This document shows positions 50,005-60,444 of a stretch of 64,000 bases of DNA, piece by piece. The notes under the pieces are model-generated. The model saw nothing but the letters and a program-made list of their open reading frames with translations. It was not told where the DNA came from and made no database searches. How positions within the stretch are numbered: position 1 is the stretch's first letter; every line of letters starts with the position of its first letter. The translations under genes and the position numbers were made by a program. Location: contig JAOAIL010000002.1 in assembly GCA_026414725.1 (NCBI GenBank), positions 120,783 through 184,782 on the forward strand, read 5' to 3'. This DNA comes from a bacterium. Its GTDB lineage: Bacteria; Ratteibacteria; UBA8468; B48-G9; JAFGKM01.

Positions 50005-51029
50005 AATATTATTTTATTTCTCTTAATGGCTATGGAGAAATGTTCAAAAAAAAATTTAAAGACACCTCTCTTTTTTCCTATGCTAAAAAAGAACATTTTG
50101 ATTCTATTATCTCTTCAGGGAAATGGGGATATCTTTTTCTTGGTGAAACACTTGAAAGGGGATATTATAACCTTTTTGATGAAGAAAAAAACTTTCCGGG
50201 GGAAGCATTTATAAGGGGCTGGCAGGACATTACATCTCCTGAAGGTATAACCCTTTTCTTGAGTAGATTTATGGCTCAGTCAGAAGGCAAAGTAATAGAA
50301 GAAAATATAACTATTTCAGAAAAAGAGATAGAAGAATTGCTCAATGCTGTTTCAGAAAATAAACAGAAATTTAAGTTTTTTATAAGAAACAGAAATCCCA
50401 TCATTATATTTCAAAAGAACTTTCCAGACGAGAAAGTTCCACCTCCAGATAATATGAAAGGGAAGGAAGCCATCTTAAATTGTTATAAAAATAAAGAGAT
50501 AAAAGACCTTATAATATCTTTTAATTATATACTTGAAAACCATCCCGTAAATAAGGTAAGACAAGACCTCGGTGAAATGCAGGCAAATCTTTTATGGTTG
50601 TGGGGTATGGGGAAATATAAAAAAGCACCTAATCTGAAGGAGACATTAAAAAAAGAACTTTTTTATTTTTCTTGCGAAGAAGATTACCTATATTTACCTG
50701 AATTTTTAGGATTTAAAAGGATTGATAATATAACAGAATTGCCTGATAATTCTTTTGTCTGGATTAATAGCACAGTGGATAAGAAAAGTAATTATTCTGC
50801 ATGGTTGAAAAAATTTGAATGGATTGACCGTGAAGTTATTATGTATGTGGTGCAGGAATATAAGAAGAGAAACTGTAGAGCATTATTTATATTTGATGGA
50901 TTTATTTCACCTGACATTGAATTGAAAAACTGCTGGGTTCCTTTCTTCTTTATATCTGAAAATTACGATAAAATTCGCTTCAGAAAGAAATTTAAAGGTC
51001 AATCTCTATTAAAACTATTTTTAGAATAA
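50001..51029 (+). CDS. Degenerate homolog of cofactor-independent phosphoglycerate mutase-like (ApgM/PhosphMutase) proteins
   Basis: LENHPVNKVRQ...ANLLWLWGMGK matches the family's DHPVN...ANxIWLWGQG block as I remember it. N- and C-terminal metal-ligand positions appear substituted. Overlaps the purB stop and ends 1 nt before folK. Confidence 0.5.
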   Translation: MKYYFISLNGYGEMFKKKFKDTSLFSYAKKEHFDSIISSGKWGYLFLGETLERGYYNLFDEEKNFPGEAFIRGWQDITSPEGITLFLSRFMAQSEGKVIEENITISEKEIEELLNAVSENKQKFKFFIRNRNPIIIFQKNFPDEKVPPPDNMKGKEAILNCYKNKEIKDLIISFNYILENHPVNKVRQDLGEMQANLLWLWGMGKYKKAPNLKETLKKELFYFSCEEDYLYLPEFLGFKRIDNITELPDNSFVWINSTVDKKSNYSAWLKKFEWIDREVIMYVVQEYKKRNCRALFIFDGFISPDIELKNCWVPFFFISENYDKIRFRKKFKGQSLLKLFLE

Positions 51030-51030
51030 A

Positions 51031-51492
51031 ATGGTAAAGGTATATATAGCAATAGGAAGCAATAAAGGTAATAGAGAGAAAAATATTCTAAAAGCCCTAA
51101 AAAAGATGGAAAAATATATCACTATAAAAAAGATATCACCATTTCTTATAACACCTCCTGAAGAAGGTGCATACGGTGGTTTTTTTTTAAATGGTGTAAT
51201 CGAAGGAGAAACCTCCCTTGAATCTAAAAACCTTCTGATAGTTTTACAGAATATTGAAAGAGATATGGGCAGAGAATTTCCTCATAAATCTGGGGATGAA
51301 AGAATAATAGACCTTGATATAATTTTTTATGGGAATAAAATCATTAAAAGTAAAAATTTCACTGTACCACATCCAAAATATAAAAAAAGATATTTTGTTA
51401 TACTGCCATTTTACGAAATAGCACCTTATATGAAAGATCCTGAAACAGGAGAAAGTATATATGAGATATACAAAAGGATATCAGAAAAATGA
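51031..51492 (+). CDS. folK: 2-amino-4-hydroxy-6-hydroxymethyldihydropteridine diphosphokinase
   Basis: YIAIGSNKGN, IDLDIIFYG and PHPKYKKRYFVILP motifs. Confidence 0.88.
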   Translation: MVKVYIAIGSNKGNREKNILKALKKMEKYITIKKISPFLITPPEEGAYGGFFLNGVIEGETSLESKNLLIVLQNIERDMGREFPHKSGDERIIDLDIIFYGNKIIKSKNFTVPHPKYKKRYFVILPFYEIAPYMKDPETGESIYEIYKRISEK

Positions 51493-52334
51493 AAATAATA
51501 GAAAAAATAGATGATGTAAGAAAAGAGATAAAAGTAGCAAGAAGAAGAGGAATTATTGGTTTTGTCCCAACAATGGGGGCACTCCATAATGGACATATAT
51601 CACTTATAAGAACATCTATATCAGAATGTGATTTTACTGTAGTAAGTATCTTTGTAAATCCTATTCAATTTAATGACCCAGTAGATTATAACAGATATCC
51701 GAGGGATATAAATAGAGATATTGAACTTTTAAAAAAAGAAAAGGTTGACATTGCCTTTGTCCCATCTATTAAGGATATGTATAAAGAGAGGGTAGAAACA
51801 TTTGTTGAAGTAAAAGGACTATCAGATATCTTGGAAGGGAAATTAAGACCGGGACATTTCAAGGGTGTCTGTACTGTGGTCTGTAAGTTATTTAATATAC
51901 TACAACCGGATAAGGCATATTTTGGATGGAAGGATGCACAGCAGTTAATTATAATAAGAAAAATGGTAGAGGACCTGAATATACCTGTTGAAATTATAGG
52001 ATGTCCTACGATAAGAGAAAACGATGGACTTGCAGCAAGTTCAAGAAATATATTTATCGGAGATAAACGAAAAGAAGCACTTTCTCTCTATGAAACCCTA
52101 AAAAAAATAGAAGAGATGGTATTAAAAGAAGGCATAAGGGATACTTCTATCCTATTAAATAAAGGAAAAAGCATTATAACAAAATATAGAGATGTAGAAA
52201 TACAATACCTTGAGATATTAAGTATAGAAGACCTTTCACCTGTAGAAACAATAGAAGGGAAGGTTATTGTAATAGGAGCAATAAAATTACCTTCTGTCCG
52301 TCTTATAGACAATATCATTATTGACGTTCAATAA
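51489..52334 (+). CDS. panC: Pantoate--beta-alanine ligase
   Basis: VPTMGALHNGH (HIGH-like) and FGWKDAQQ motifs. Confidence 0.95.
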   Translation: MKIIEKIDDVRKEIKVARRRGIIGFVPTMGALHNGHISLIRTSISECDFTVVSIFVNPIQFNDPVDYNRYPRDINRDIELLKKEKVDIAFVPSIKDMYKERVETFVEVKGLSDILEGKLRPGHFKGVCTVVCKLFNILQPDKAYFGWKDAQQLIIIRKMVEDLNIPVEIIGCPTIRENDGLAASSRNIFIGDKRKEALSLYETLKKIEEMVLKEGIRDTSILLNKGKSIITKYRDVEIQYLEILSIEDLSPVETIEGKVIVIGAIKLPSVRLIDNIIIDVQ

Positions 52335-52605
52335 GTTTTCTCTCCCATTCAATAAGATATTTTTTGAACTCCTCTCCAAGTAAATAGTTACCATATCTTC
52401 CATCTTTTTTTATCACCCTGTGACAGGGAATTGCAATAGGATATGGATTTTGTTTTAAAAATTTAGAGACATATCTAACCTTTCCTTTCATTCCTACTCT
52501 TTCTGCAAGATAGGAATAGGAAATCGTTTTACCAAATGGTATTTCAGAAACCACTTGTATTATTTTATCTTTTATAGTATCATTTTTTGTTCTGTTTTTT
52601 GACAT
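52318..52605 (-). CDS. MGMT-family protein (methylated-DNA--protein-cysteine methyltransferase DNA-binding domain only)
   Basis: 95 aa with the active-site motif IPCHRVI. The 3' end overlaps panC convergently by 17 nt. Confidence 0.8.
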   Translation of the reverse strand: MSKNRTKNDTIKDKIIQVVSEIPFGKTISYSYLAERVGMKGKVRYVSKFLKQNPYPIAIPCHRVIKKDGRYGNYLLGEEFKKYLIEWERKLIERQ

Positions 52606-52635
52606 AGAGATACTTTTATAGTATATTTGTAGGTT

Positions 52636-53031
52636 ATGGATATTGATAAAATTTTAACACAAGTAAAGTTTGATGAAAAAGGTTTAGTTCCTGTAATTGT
52701 ACAATCGGATACAAAAGAGGTTATTATGCTTGCCTATATGAATTCAGATGCATTATCTAAAACACTTGAGACAGGAAAAATGCATTATTACAGTAGAAGT
52801 AGAAAAAAACTCTGGTTAAAAGGTGAAGAGTCAGGAAATATCCAAGAGGTAAAAGAAATGTATATTGACTGTGATAATGATACTTTACTTTTTATTGTAA
52901 AACAGAGATGTGGTGCCTGTCATGAAGGATATTATTCCTGTTTTTTTAGAAAATTGAATGATAAGAAAGAGGATTTTATAAATACAGGGCATAAAGTTTT
53001 TAATCCTGATGAGGTTTATAAAAAATGCTAA
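52636..53031 (+). CDS. hisI: Phosphoribosyl-AMP cyclohydrolase
   Basis: [28 protein letters not shown] and DCDNDTLL motifs. Confidence 0.9.
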   Translation: MDIDKILTQVKFDEKGLVPVIVQSDTKEVIMLAYMNSDALSKTLETGKMHYYSRSRKKLWLKGEESGNIQEVKEMYIDCDNDTLLFIVKQRCGACHEGYYSCFFRKLNDKKEDFINTGHKVFNPDEVYKKC

Positions 53032-54344
53032 AACAATATTATTTTCGGTTTTTATTGATAGCAGCAGTTATAGGGATATGTATCTATCAGATATATCCAC
53101 CTGATAAAAAAATCAGAAAAGGATTGGACCTGCAGGGTGGGGTACATGTCGTTCTGGAAGTAACAGAAACAGCGCAGGATGAAAAAACCATTTCAGACCT
53201 TGCAGATAGAGCGCTTGAAGTAATCAGAAATAGAATAGATGCCTTAGGAGTTACAGAACCTGTAATTCAAAAACAGGGAATGAAAAGAATAGTAATAGAC
53301 CTGCCCGGTGTTCAGAACCCTGATAAAGCTATAGAAATAATAGGACAGACCGCACTCCTTGAGTTTAAACTTGTATCAGATGAACCAGAACTAATTAAAA
53401 AAGCCCTTGAAGGAAATGTACCTGATGGATATCAATTGCTTTACTATAAAGAAAGAGATGAAAGAGGAATTTATAGAGATACACGCCCATTGCTTGTTAA
53501 AGCAGAACCGGAACTTACTGGTAAATATATTGAAGATGCATATATGGGGTATGATAGTTCTGGATTTCCTGATGTCAATCTTGTACTGAATAAAGAAGGC
53601 GCTGCAATTTTTGAGGAAGTGACCGCAAGAAATATAAATAAACAACTTGCAATAGTTTTAGATGGTGTTGTACGGTCTGCACCTGTAATACACGAACGAA
53701 TACCAGGAGGTAAAGCACAAATAACAGGGAAATTTTCTACAGAAGAAGCAAGAACTCTCGCCATAGTACTTAGGGCTGGTGCTTTACCTGCAAAGATGGA
53801 TATGATTTATAAAGAAGTGGTTGGTCCAACTCTCGGCAGGGAAAATATTATTCAAGGGTTCCGCGCCGCTATCTATGGAGGAATATTAGTCCTTGTATTT
53901 ATGCTCATTTATTATGCTATATTTGGACTTCTCGCTGACTTTGCACTTGCATTAAACATCCTTATACTGCTCGGTGTTCTTTCATTGCTTAAGGGCGTTT
54001 TAACACTCCCAGGGATAGCAGGTATTGCACTTACCTGTGGTATGGCAGTGGATGCAAATATTATCATATTTGAACGAATAAGGGAAGAAATTAAAACAGG
54101 AAAAAGTCCTAAAGCAAGTCTTGATGCCGGTTATAAAAGAGCATGGGCTGCTATAATTGATTCTAATATCACTACTCTTATAGTTGGCCTTATCCTTTTT
54201 TTCCTCGGCGAAGGTCCTGTGAAAGGATTTGGACTTACATTGAGCATAGGTATAGTAGCCAACCTTTTCACTGCCGTCTTTGTTACTAAAAGTATTGTGG
54301 ACTGGGTAATGTTAACAAGGAAGATAGAAAAGGTGAGGATATAA
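53025..54344 (+). CDS. secD: Protein translocase subunit SecD
   Basis: N-terminal TM, a periplasmic domain (GLDLQGG) and a C-terminal 5-TM core ([14 protein letters not shown]). Confidence 0.93.
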   Translation: MLKQYYFRFLLIAAVIGICIYQIYPPDKKIRKGLDLQGGVHVVLEVTETAQDEKTISDLADRALEVIRNRIDALGVTEPVIQKQGMKRIVIDLPGVQNPDKAIEIIGQTALLEFKLVSDEPELIKKALEGNVPDGYQLLYYKERDERGIYRDTRPLLVKAEPELTGKYIEDAYMGYDSSGFPDVNLVLNKEGAAIFEEVTARNINKQLAIVLDGVVRSAPVIHERIPGGKAQITGKFSTEEARTLAIVLRAGALPAKMDMIYKEVVGPTLGRENIIQGFRAAIYGGILVLVFMLIYYAIFGLLADFALALNILILLGVLSLLKGVLTLPGIAGIALTCGMAVDANIIIFERIREEIKTGKSPKASLDAGYKRAWAAIIDSNITTLIVGLILFFLGEGPVKGFGLTLSIGIVANLFTAVFVTKSIVDWVMLTRKIEKVRI

Positions 54345-55237
54345 TGGAATTTATTAAAAATACTAAATTTAACTTTATAGGTAAAAGAAAATTTGCATAT
54401 CTCTTTTCACTTACGGTGATAATCTGGGGTATGATTGTTTTTGGAATAAGAGGAAAAGATAATTTTGGAGTGGATTTTGTTGGTGGAGATATGCTCAATA
54501 TAGAATTTAAAAACAGTGTAAATACTTCTGAAATAAGGGATAGAATAAAAGGACTTAATATAGGAAGTTATTCTGTACAGGCGTTAGGTACTGATGGAAA
54601 AGAATTTATAATAAAGAGTGGACCGAATACTTCTGATAAAATAGTTGAAGCAATGAAAACTTATTGGGCAGAAAATAATACCTTTTCAGTGAAAGGGAAA
54701 TCATCAGTTTCCCCATCTATGAGTATATCTATCAGGAAAAAAGCGATATATGCATTTCTTATTGGATTGATAGGAATTTTATTTTATATTACTGTCAGAT
54801 TTGAATTTAGATTTGCAGTAGGTGCCACTCTTGCTATTTTTCACGATATACTCTTTGTACTTGCAATACTTGCTCTTACCAAAAAACAGATAGATACATC
54901 TGTAATCGCTGCATTACTTACAATAGCAGGTTATTCAGTCAATGATACGGTAATCATATTTGACAGGATAAGAGAAAATATAAGGAAAACAAGAAGTGAT
55001 GATTATTTAACCTTATTCAATAATAGTATAAATGAAACACTGAGCAGAACAGTCCTTACGGTTCTTACCACATTATTTGTAGTCATCCTCCTTTTTATTC
55101 TCGGAGGAGAAACACTTCATACTTTTGCCTTTTCATTACTGGTAGGATTTATAATAGGAACTTATTCTTCTATCTTTATCGCTTCTTCTATTATTATTGA
55201 CTGGCATAGATGGAAGCCACATAAGTTTAAAGTATGA
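54344..55237 (+). CDS. secF: Protein translocase subunit SecF
   Basis: DFVGG, GYSVNDTVIIFDRIRE and a 6-TM topology; directly follows secD. Confidence 0.93.
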   Translation: MEFIKNTKFNFIGKRKFAYLFSLTVIIWGMIVFGIRGKDNFGVDFVGGDMLNIEFKNSVNTSEIRDRIKGLNIGSYSVQALGTDGKEFIIKSGPNTSDKIVEAMKTYWAENNTFSVKGKSSVSPSMSISIRKKAIYAFLIGLIGILFYITVRFEFRFAVGATLAIFHDILFVLAILALTKKQIDTSVIAALLTIAGYSVNDTVIIFDRIRENIRKTRSDDYLTLFNNSINETLSRTVLTVLTTLFVVILLFILGGETLHTFAFSLLVGFIIGTYSSIFIASSIIIDWHRWKPHKFKV

Positions 55238-55809
55238 GGGTAATTAGCGGATATCTAAAAGGGAGAAAATTATTTTTCCCTGAGAGAACAAAAAGATTAA
55301 GAGCAACAAAAGATATTGTCAGGGAAGCCATATTTGACTCTTTGAGAGGATGGATAGTTGAAAAGCGTGTTCTTGAAATTTTTGCCGGTACAGGGGCATT
55401 AGGAATTGAAGCAATAAGTCATGGTGCTAAAGAAGTTATTTTTTTAGAAGAAGACAGAGAAGCAATAAACTGTATAAAAAGGAACATTGAACATTTAGGT
55501 ATTTCAGAACTCTGTACCATAAGGAAAGGGAAGGTAGAACACTCTATTGAGGAATTTCTTGATGAGAAATTTGATTTGATAATTGCTGACCCACCTTATG
55601 ACTATCCATCAGGAAAGATTATACAGATTTTAAATAAAATAATGGAATTACAGGTATTAGATGATGATGGGATTATACTAATTGAACATAATAGAAAGAA
55701 TTTATTACCAGAAATAAAAGGGTTTACTGTCTATAAAGAAAAAACTTATGGAAAAAGTATTGTATCATACATAAGAAGAAGTAATAACTCAGAAGTTATA
55801 AAACAATGA
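55234..55809 (+). CDS. rsmD: 16S rRNA (guanine966-N2)-methyltransferase
   Basis: N-terminus RVISGYLKGRKL, FAGTGALGIEA and DPPY motifs. Confidence 0.88.
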   Translation: MRVISGYLKGRKLFFPERTKRLRATKDIVREAIFDSLRGWIVEKRVLEIFAGTGALGIEAISHGAKEVIFLEEDREAINCIKRNIEHLGISELCTIRKGKVEHSIEEFLDEKFDLIIADPPYDYPSGKIIQILNKIMELQVLDDDGIILIEHNRKNLLPEIKGFTVYKEKTYGKSIVSYIRRSNNSEVIKQ

Positions 55810-56291
55810 AAGACAAAATAGCAGTTTATCCAGGAAGTTTTGACCCTATAACAAATGGACATATTGATGTAATTAAAAGGGCTCTTACTTTTGTTGATAA
55901 GATAATTATTGCTGTATCTGATTATTCGAGAAAGAATCTTTTATTTACAGCAGAAGAACGTGTGAATTTTATAAAGGCAGTTTATCAAGAAAATAAACGG
56001 ATTGAGGTAGATAGTTTTAAAGGACTTCTGGTTGACTATATTAAGAGAAGAAAAGTTAATATAATAATAAGAGGATTGAGAGCTGTCTCTGATTTTGAAT
56101 ATGAGTTTCAAATGGTTCTGGCTAACAGGAAACTTGACAGAAATATAGAAACTGTATTTATTATGCCCGGAGAAGAATTCTTTTTTATAAGTTCATCAAT
56201 AGTAAAAGAAATCGCTTTTTTAAAAGGAGATGTTTCAGGAATGGTTCCGGAAATAGTCGTTAAAGCACTAAAGAAAAAATTTAACTATTAA
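55806..56291 (+). CDS. coaD: Phosphopantetheine adenylyltransferase
   Basis: YPGSFDPITNGH and ISSS motifs. Confidence 0.95.
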   Translation: MKDKIAVYPGSFDPITNGHIDVIKRALTFVDKIIIAVSDYSRKNLLFTAEERVNFIKAVYQENKRIEVDSFKGLLVDYIKRRKVNIIIRGLRAVSDFEYEFQMVLANRKLDRNIETVFIMPGEEFFFISSSIVKEIAFLKGDVSGMVPEIVVKALKKKFNY

Positions 56292-56305
56292 AAGGAGAAG
56301 AAAAA

Positions 56306-56506
56306 ATGCCAAATCCTAAAAGAAGACATTCAAATAGTAGAACAGGGAAAAGAAGAGGGGGACATAGAAAAGTAAAAATATCTTCTCTTAATGTATGTTC
56401 CAATTGTGGCTCCTTTAAGCTACCGCATACTGTCTGTGATGTATGTGGATATTACAAAGGAGTTCCTGTCCTAAAAATAAAAGAAAAAAAGAAAAAAGAA
56501 CAATAA
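56306..56506 (+). CDS. rpmF: 50S ribosomal protein L32
   Basis: MPNPKRRHS N-terminus and a CxxC...CxxC zinc ribbon; precedes plsX. Confidence 0.9.
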   Translation: MPNPKRRHSNSRTGKRRGGHRKVKISSLNVCSNCGSFKLPHTVCDVCGYYKGVPVLKIKEKKKKEQ

Positions 56507-56511
56507 AAGAT

Positions 56512-57528
56512 ATGACTGCCAGAGAAACTATCATTGCTCTTGATGGGATGGGTGGAGATAATGCTCCATTTTCTGTCATTAAGGCATGTGAGATGTTCTC
56601 TACCTTAGATAGAATAAAAATTATTGTTGTTGGTGATGAAAATCAGATAAAAGATAAGATAGACCTTAAAAAATATCCCTTTGTTATCCTTGAACACTGT
56701 GAAAACTACATAAGAATGGATGACAAAGTAAACCTTAAATTACTTAAAGAGCGAGATAATAGTATGGTAAGAACTATCTCGCTGGTAAAAGAAGGGAAGG
56801 CTCATTGTGCTCTAAGCGCAGGAAACACTGCTGCATTTGTTTCTTATAGTATTTCGGAACTTGGATTATTAAAAAATATTGACCGACCTGCAATTGCCCT
56901 TTTTATGCCAGATACCACAGGAAGAGGAATTATATTTATTGATGGTGGTGCTAATATCAAAGCTAAACCACTGCATCTACTCCAATCAGCAGTTATGGGA
57001 GCACTGTATGCAGAGTGTGTATTTGATATAAAAAACCCGAGAATTGCCCTTTTAAATATAGGAGAAGAAGAAACCAAGGGTGATGAATTAAGAAGAGAAA
57101 GTTTCACTTTAATGCAAAGAAACCAGCGGATAAACTTTATAGGAAATATTGAAGGCCATAATATATTTACACAGAAAGCAGATGTCATTATTACAGATGG
57201 ATTTACGGGTAATGTAGTATTGAAGGTCTCTGAAGGAGTAACAAGGGCTTTTCGCACCATATTAATGAAAGAATTACAGAAAAACATTAGAGGAAAAATT
57301 GGGACACTTCTGATTAAAAATATATTAAGAAATTTTGCAAAAAAAGCGGATTATGCAGAATATGGTGGAGGACTATTACTTGGAGTAAACGGACCTGTTA
57401 TTATCAGTCATGGAAGGTCCTCGCCAAGGGCTATATATAATGCAATAAAGTTAGGGGAGAAGATTGTTCTGGCAGGTTTTATGGAGAAACTTAAAAAAGA
57501 GATGGAGCAGATACGATGGGAAATATAG
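56512..57528 (+). CDS. plsX: Phosphate acyltransferase PlsX
   Basis: DGMGGDNAP motif. The start is trimmed to the ATG at 56512 because the track ORF extends back over rpmF. Confidence 0.93.
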   Translation: MTARETIIALDGMGGDNAPFSVIKACEMFSTLDRIKIIVVGDENQIKDKIDLKKYPFVILEHCENYIRMDDKVNLKLLKERDNSMVRTISLVKEGKAHCALSAGNTAAFVSYSISELGLLKNIDRPAIALFMPDTTGRGIIFIDGGANIKAKPLHLLQSAVMGALYAECVFDIKNPRIALLNIGEEETKGDELRRESFTLMQRNQRINFIGNIEGHNIFTQKADVIITDGFTGNVVLKVSEGVTRAFRTILMKELQKNIRGKIGTLLIKNILRNFAKKADYAEYGGGLLLGVNGPVIISHGRSSPRAIYNAIKLGEKIVLAGFMEKLKKEMEQIRWEI

Positions 57529-58499
57529 TAATTGCAGGGACAGGTTCTTTTTTACCCTCTTTTATACTTACTAATAATGATATGGAAATGATGGTTGATA
57601 CAAGTGATGAATGGATTATTACAAGAACTGGTATAAAAGAAAGAAGAATATGTCCTAAAAATATGGCTTCTTCAGATATGGGAACTGAAGCTGCAAAAGA
57701 TGCATGTAAAGATGCGGGTATTTATCCTGATGATATTGATTTTATTATCTGTGCTACTATAAGTCCTGATAAGTTTTTTCCCTCAACTGCCTGTTTGATT
57801 CAGGCAAAATTAGGGATTAAAGATATTCCTGCCTTTGATATCTCTGCTGCCTGCTCTGGTTTTATATTTGGATTGGAGATAGCAAGCAATCTAATAGCAG
57901 GAGGAAGTTATAAAACAGGTCTTGTTATTGCTTCAGAATGCATGAGTCGCCTTACAGATTATACAGATAGAAGTACATGTGTATTGTTAGGCGATGGAGC
58001 AGGAGCTGCTATAGTTAAAGCATCCGAAGATAAAGGAATAATGGGCTCCTACATCTCCTCCGATGGCAGTTACGGAGATATATTAAACGCACCTGCAGGT
58101 GGTTCAGCAAGACCTGCTTCATTTGATACGGTTGAAAAAAGAATGCATTTTATGAAAATGGAAGGAGCAGTTCTTTTCAAAATAGCAATAGAGACAATGT
58201 GCGAAGCAATACACAAACTCCTTAAAAGATTCAACTTAAGAAAGGAAGATATATCTCTTGTTATACCCCATCAAGCAAATCTTCGTATTATAAATGGTGT
58301 TGCTAAAGGTATGGGTATGCCACCTGAAAAATTTTATGTAAATATTGAAAAATATGGCAATATGTCCGCTGCCTGTATACCTGTAGCTCTTGATGAAGCA
58401 TCAAAAAAAGGATTACTTAAGAAGGGAGATATTTTAGTCACAGTGGCTTTTGGCGGTGGTCTTACATGGGGAGCAAATCTTATAAAATGGACAAAATAA
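57516..58499 (+). CDS. fabH: 3-oxoacyl-ACP synthase III
   Basis: AACSGF active-site Cys, HQAN and GNMSAA motifs. Confidence 0.95.
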   Translation: MGNIVIAGTGSFLPSFILTNNDMEMMVDTSDEWIITRTGIKERRICPKNMASSDMGTEAAKDACKDAGIYPDDIDFIICATISPDKFFPSTACLIQAKLGIKDIPAFDISAACSGFIFGLEIASNLIAGGSYKTGLVIASECMSRLTDYTDRSTCVLLGDGAGAAIVKASEDKGIMGSYISSDGSYGDILNAPAGGSARPASFDTVEKRMHFMKMEGAVLFKIAIETMCEAIHKLLKRFNLRKEDISLVIPHQANLRIINGVAKGMGMPPEKFYVNIEKYGNMSAACIPVALDEASKKGLLKKGDILVTVAFGGGLTWGANLIKWTK

Positions 58500-59419
58500 A
58501 AAAATTCTCTGTTGTCTTTCCTGGGCAGGCATCGCAATATATAGGGATGGGAAAAGACATTATAGAATCTATTCCTGCCTGTGCAGATATTATTAAAAAA
58601 GGAGAAGATATAACATCACTACCTCTTCTGGAAAAAATTATGAATGGACCTATGGAAGACCTAACAAGAACTTTGCTATGTCAACCAGCAGTTTTTGCTA
58701 TAAATATGGTCTGCTGGTATGCACTTATAAACAGAGAAGTTTTTCCTGTTAGTGTAGCAGGACATAGTTTAGGAGAATATTCTGCACTTGTAGCTTCAAA
58801 AACCATCAGTATAGAAGAGGGGTTTTATCTTGTAAAGCGAAGAGCAGAGATTATGGATGAAATATCATTGCAAGTGGAAGGAACGCTTATGGCAATTATA
58901 GGTTTACCTTTAAAAGAGGTAGAATCCATTTTGAGTGATTTTAATGGAATTAGTATAGCTAATATAAACTCATCAACACAGATTGTTGTAGGAGGTAAGA
59001 AAAAAGACATTGAGGAACTCAATATCTTTTTAAAAACAAAAAGAATTAAAGGAGTTATATTGAATGTAAGTGGCCCATTTCATACACCATTTATGAAAGA
59101 GGCATCTTCCTTACTTGCAAAAGAGATTACAAAGATAACATTTAAAAATCCTGAAATTCCTGTTTATCTAAATTTTTCGGGTAAAATGACAAAAGATAGT
59201 GCCGAAATAAAAGAAGGACTGATACATCAGGTCTATTCTCCCGTTAGATGGGTTACTATTATTGAAAATATGAGTAAAGAGAACGATATTGTTTTTGTTG
59301 AGGTAGGACCCAAGACAGTTCTAAAAAGATTAATAGAAAATATTATTCCTGGTGCAGTAGTATTCAATGTTGAAGATATACCATCACTGGAAAATACACT
59401 GAAAGGTCTAACTGTTTGA
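58487..59419 (+). CDS. fabD: Malonyl CoA-ACP transacylase
   Basis: FPGQASQ and GHSLGEYSA motifs. The start is trimmed to the ATG at 58487. Confidence 0.93.
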   Translation: MDKIKKFSVVFPGQASQYIGMGKDIIESIPACADIIKKGEDITSLPLLEKIMNGPMEDLTRTLLCQPAVFAINMVCWYALINREVFPVSVAGHSLGEYSALVASKTISIEEGFYLVKRRAEIMDEISLQVEGTLMAIIGLPLKEVESILSDFNGISIANINSSTQIVVGGKKKDIEELNIFLKTKRIKGVILNVSGPFHTPFMKEASSLLAKEITKITFKNPEIPVYLNFSGKMTKDSAEIKEGLIHQVYSPVRWVTIIENMSKENDIVFVEVGPKTVLKRLIENIIPGAVVFNVEDIPSLENTLKGLTV

Positions 59420-59431
59420 AAAAGGAGGAAT

Positions 59432-60163
59432 ATGTTCCAAGATAAAGTTGCTGTCATTACAGGCGCTTTTGGTGGTATAGGAAGGGCTCTTGCAATAAAG
59501 TTGGGTGAGCAAGGAGCTAAGATCGCTCTCTGGGATATCTTTATAGACAATTCTCTTGAAAAGATACTTACAGATAAAAGTATACAATTCCTCTCATCAA
59601 AGATTGATATAACTAAAAAAGATGATGTGCAAAACAGCGCAGATAAAATTATTGAAAGATGGGGGAAAATAGACATTCTTATAAATAATGCAGGTATTAC
59701 TAAAGATAACCTGATACTTCGTATGACAGAAGAAGAATGGGATAGTGTTATTGAAATAAACTTGAAAGGTGCTTTTATATGCAGTAAAATAATAGGAAAA
59801 TTTATGTTTTCTCAGAAGACAGGAAGTATTGTAAATGTTGCTTCTATAATAGGACAGATAGGAAATATAGGACAGGCGAATTATTCTGCATCAAAAGGTG
59901 CTTTGATTTCTTTTACAAAAACCTGTGCAAAAGAATTTGCAAGGTTTGGAGTGAGAGTAAATGCAGTTGCTCCAGGATATATAATAACTAAGATGACAGA
60001 GCAACTTCCAGAAAAAATAAAAACAAAAATGCTTGAAATGATACCATTGGGTAGATTTGGAACCCCAGAGGAAGTTGCCGACCTGATTCTTTTCTTATCT
60101 TCTAATAAGGCAAACTATATCACGGGTCAGGTCTTCAGAATAGATGGTGGGATGGTGATGTAA
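59432..60163 (+). CDS. fabG: 3-oxoacyl-ACP reductase
   Basis: TGAFGGIGRA, NNAG and YSASK motifs (SDR family). Confidence 0.93.
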   Translation: MFQDKVAVITGAFGGIGRALAIKLGEQGAKIALWDIFIDNSLEKILTDKSIQFLSSKIDITKKDDVQNSADKIIERWGKIDILINNAGITKDNLILRMTEEEWDSVIEINLKGAFICSKIIGKFMFSQKTGSIVNVASIIGQIGNIGQANYSASKGALISFTKTCAKEFARFGVRVNAVAPGYIITKMTEQLPEKIKTKMLEMIPLGRFGTPEEVADLILFLSSNKANYITGQVFRIDGGMVM

Positions 60164-60201
60164 AAAAGTTAATATCAACTAAGAAAACATAAGGAGGAAA
60201 G

Positions 60202-60444
60202 ATGGAAAGAAGTGAGATTTTTGAAAAAGTAAGAGGGATAATATCAGAGAAGTTAGGAATCAGTGCTGGAGAAATCGTAGAAAATGCTTCTTTCATTGAT
60301 GACCTTGGTGCTGATTCACTTGACACAGTAGAACTTGTAATGGAATTGGAAGAGAAATTTGGCATAGATATACCTGATGAAGATGCAGAAAAGATAAGAA
60401 CAGTTAAAGATGCTGTGGACTATATTGAAAAAAATAAAAAATGA
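60202..60444 (+). CDS. acpP: Acyl carrier protein
   Basis: [17 protein letters not shown] phosphopantetheine attachment site. Confidence 0.95.
   Translation: MERSEIFEKVRGIISEKLGISAGEIVENASFIDDLGADSLDTVELVMELEEKFGIDIPDEDAEKIRTVKDAVDYIEKNKK

Noticed and set aside
56443-56511. PlsX ORF extension overlapping rpmF by 64 nt
   Set aside because: The extension is the out-of-frame read of the lysine-rich L32 C-terminus. The conserved PlsX N-terminus (IALDGMGGDNAP) follows the ATG at 56512.
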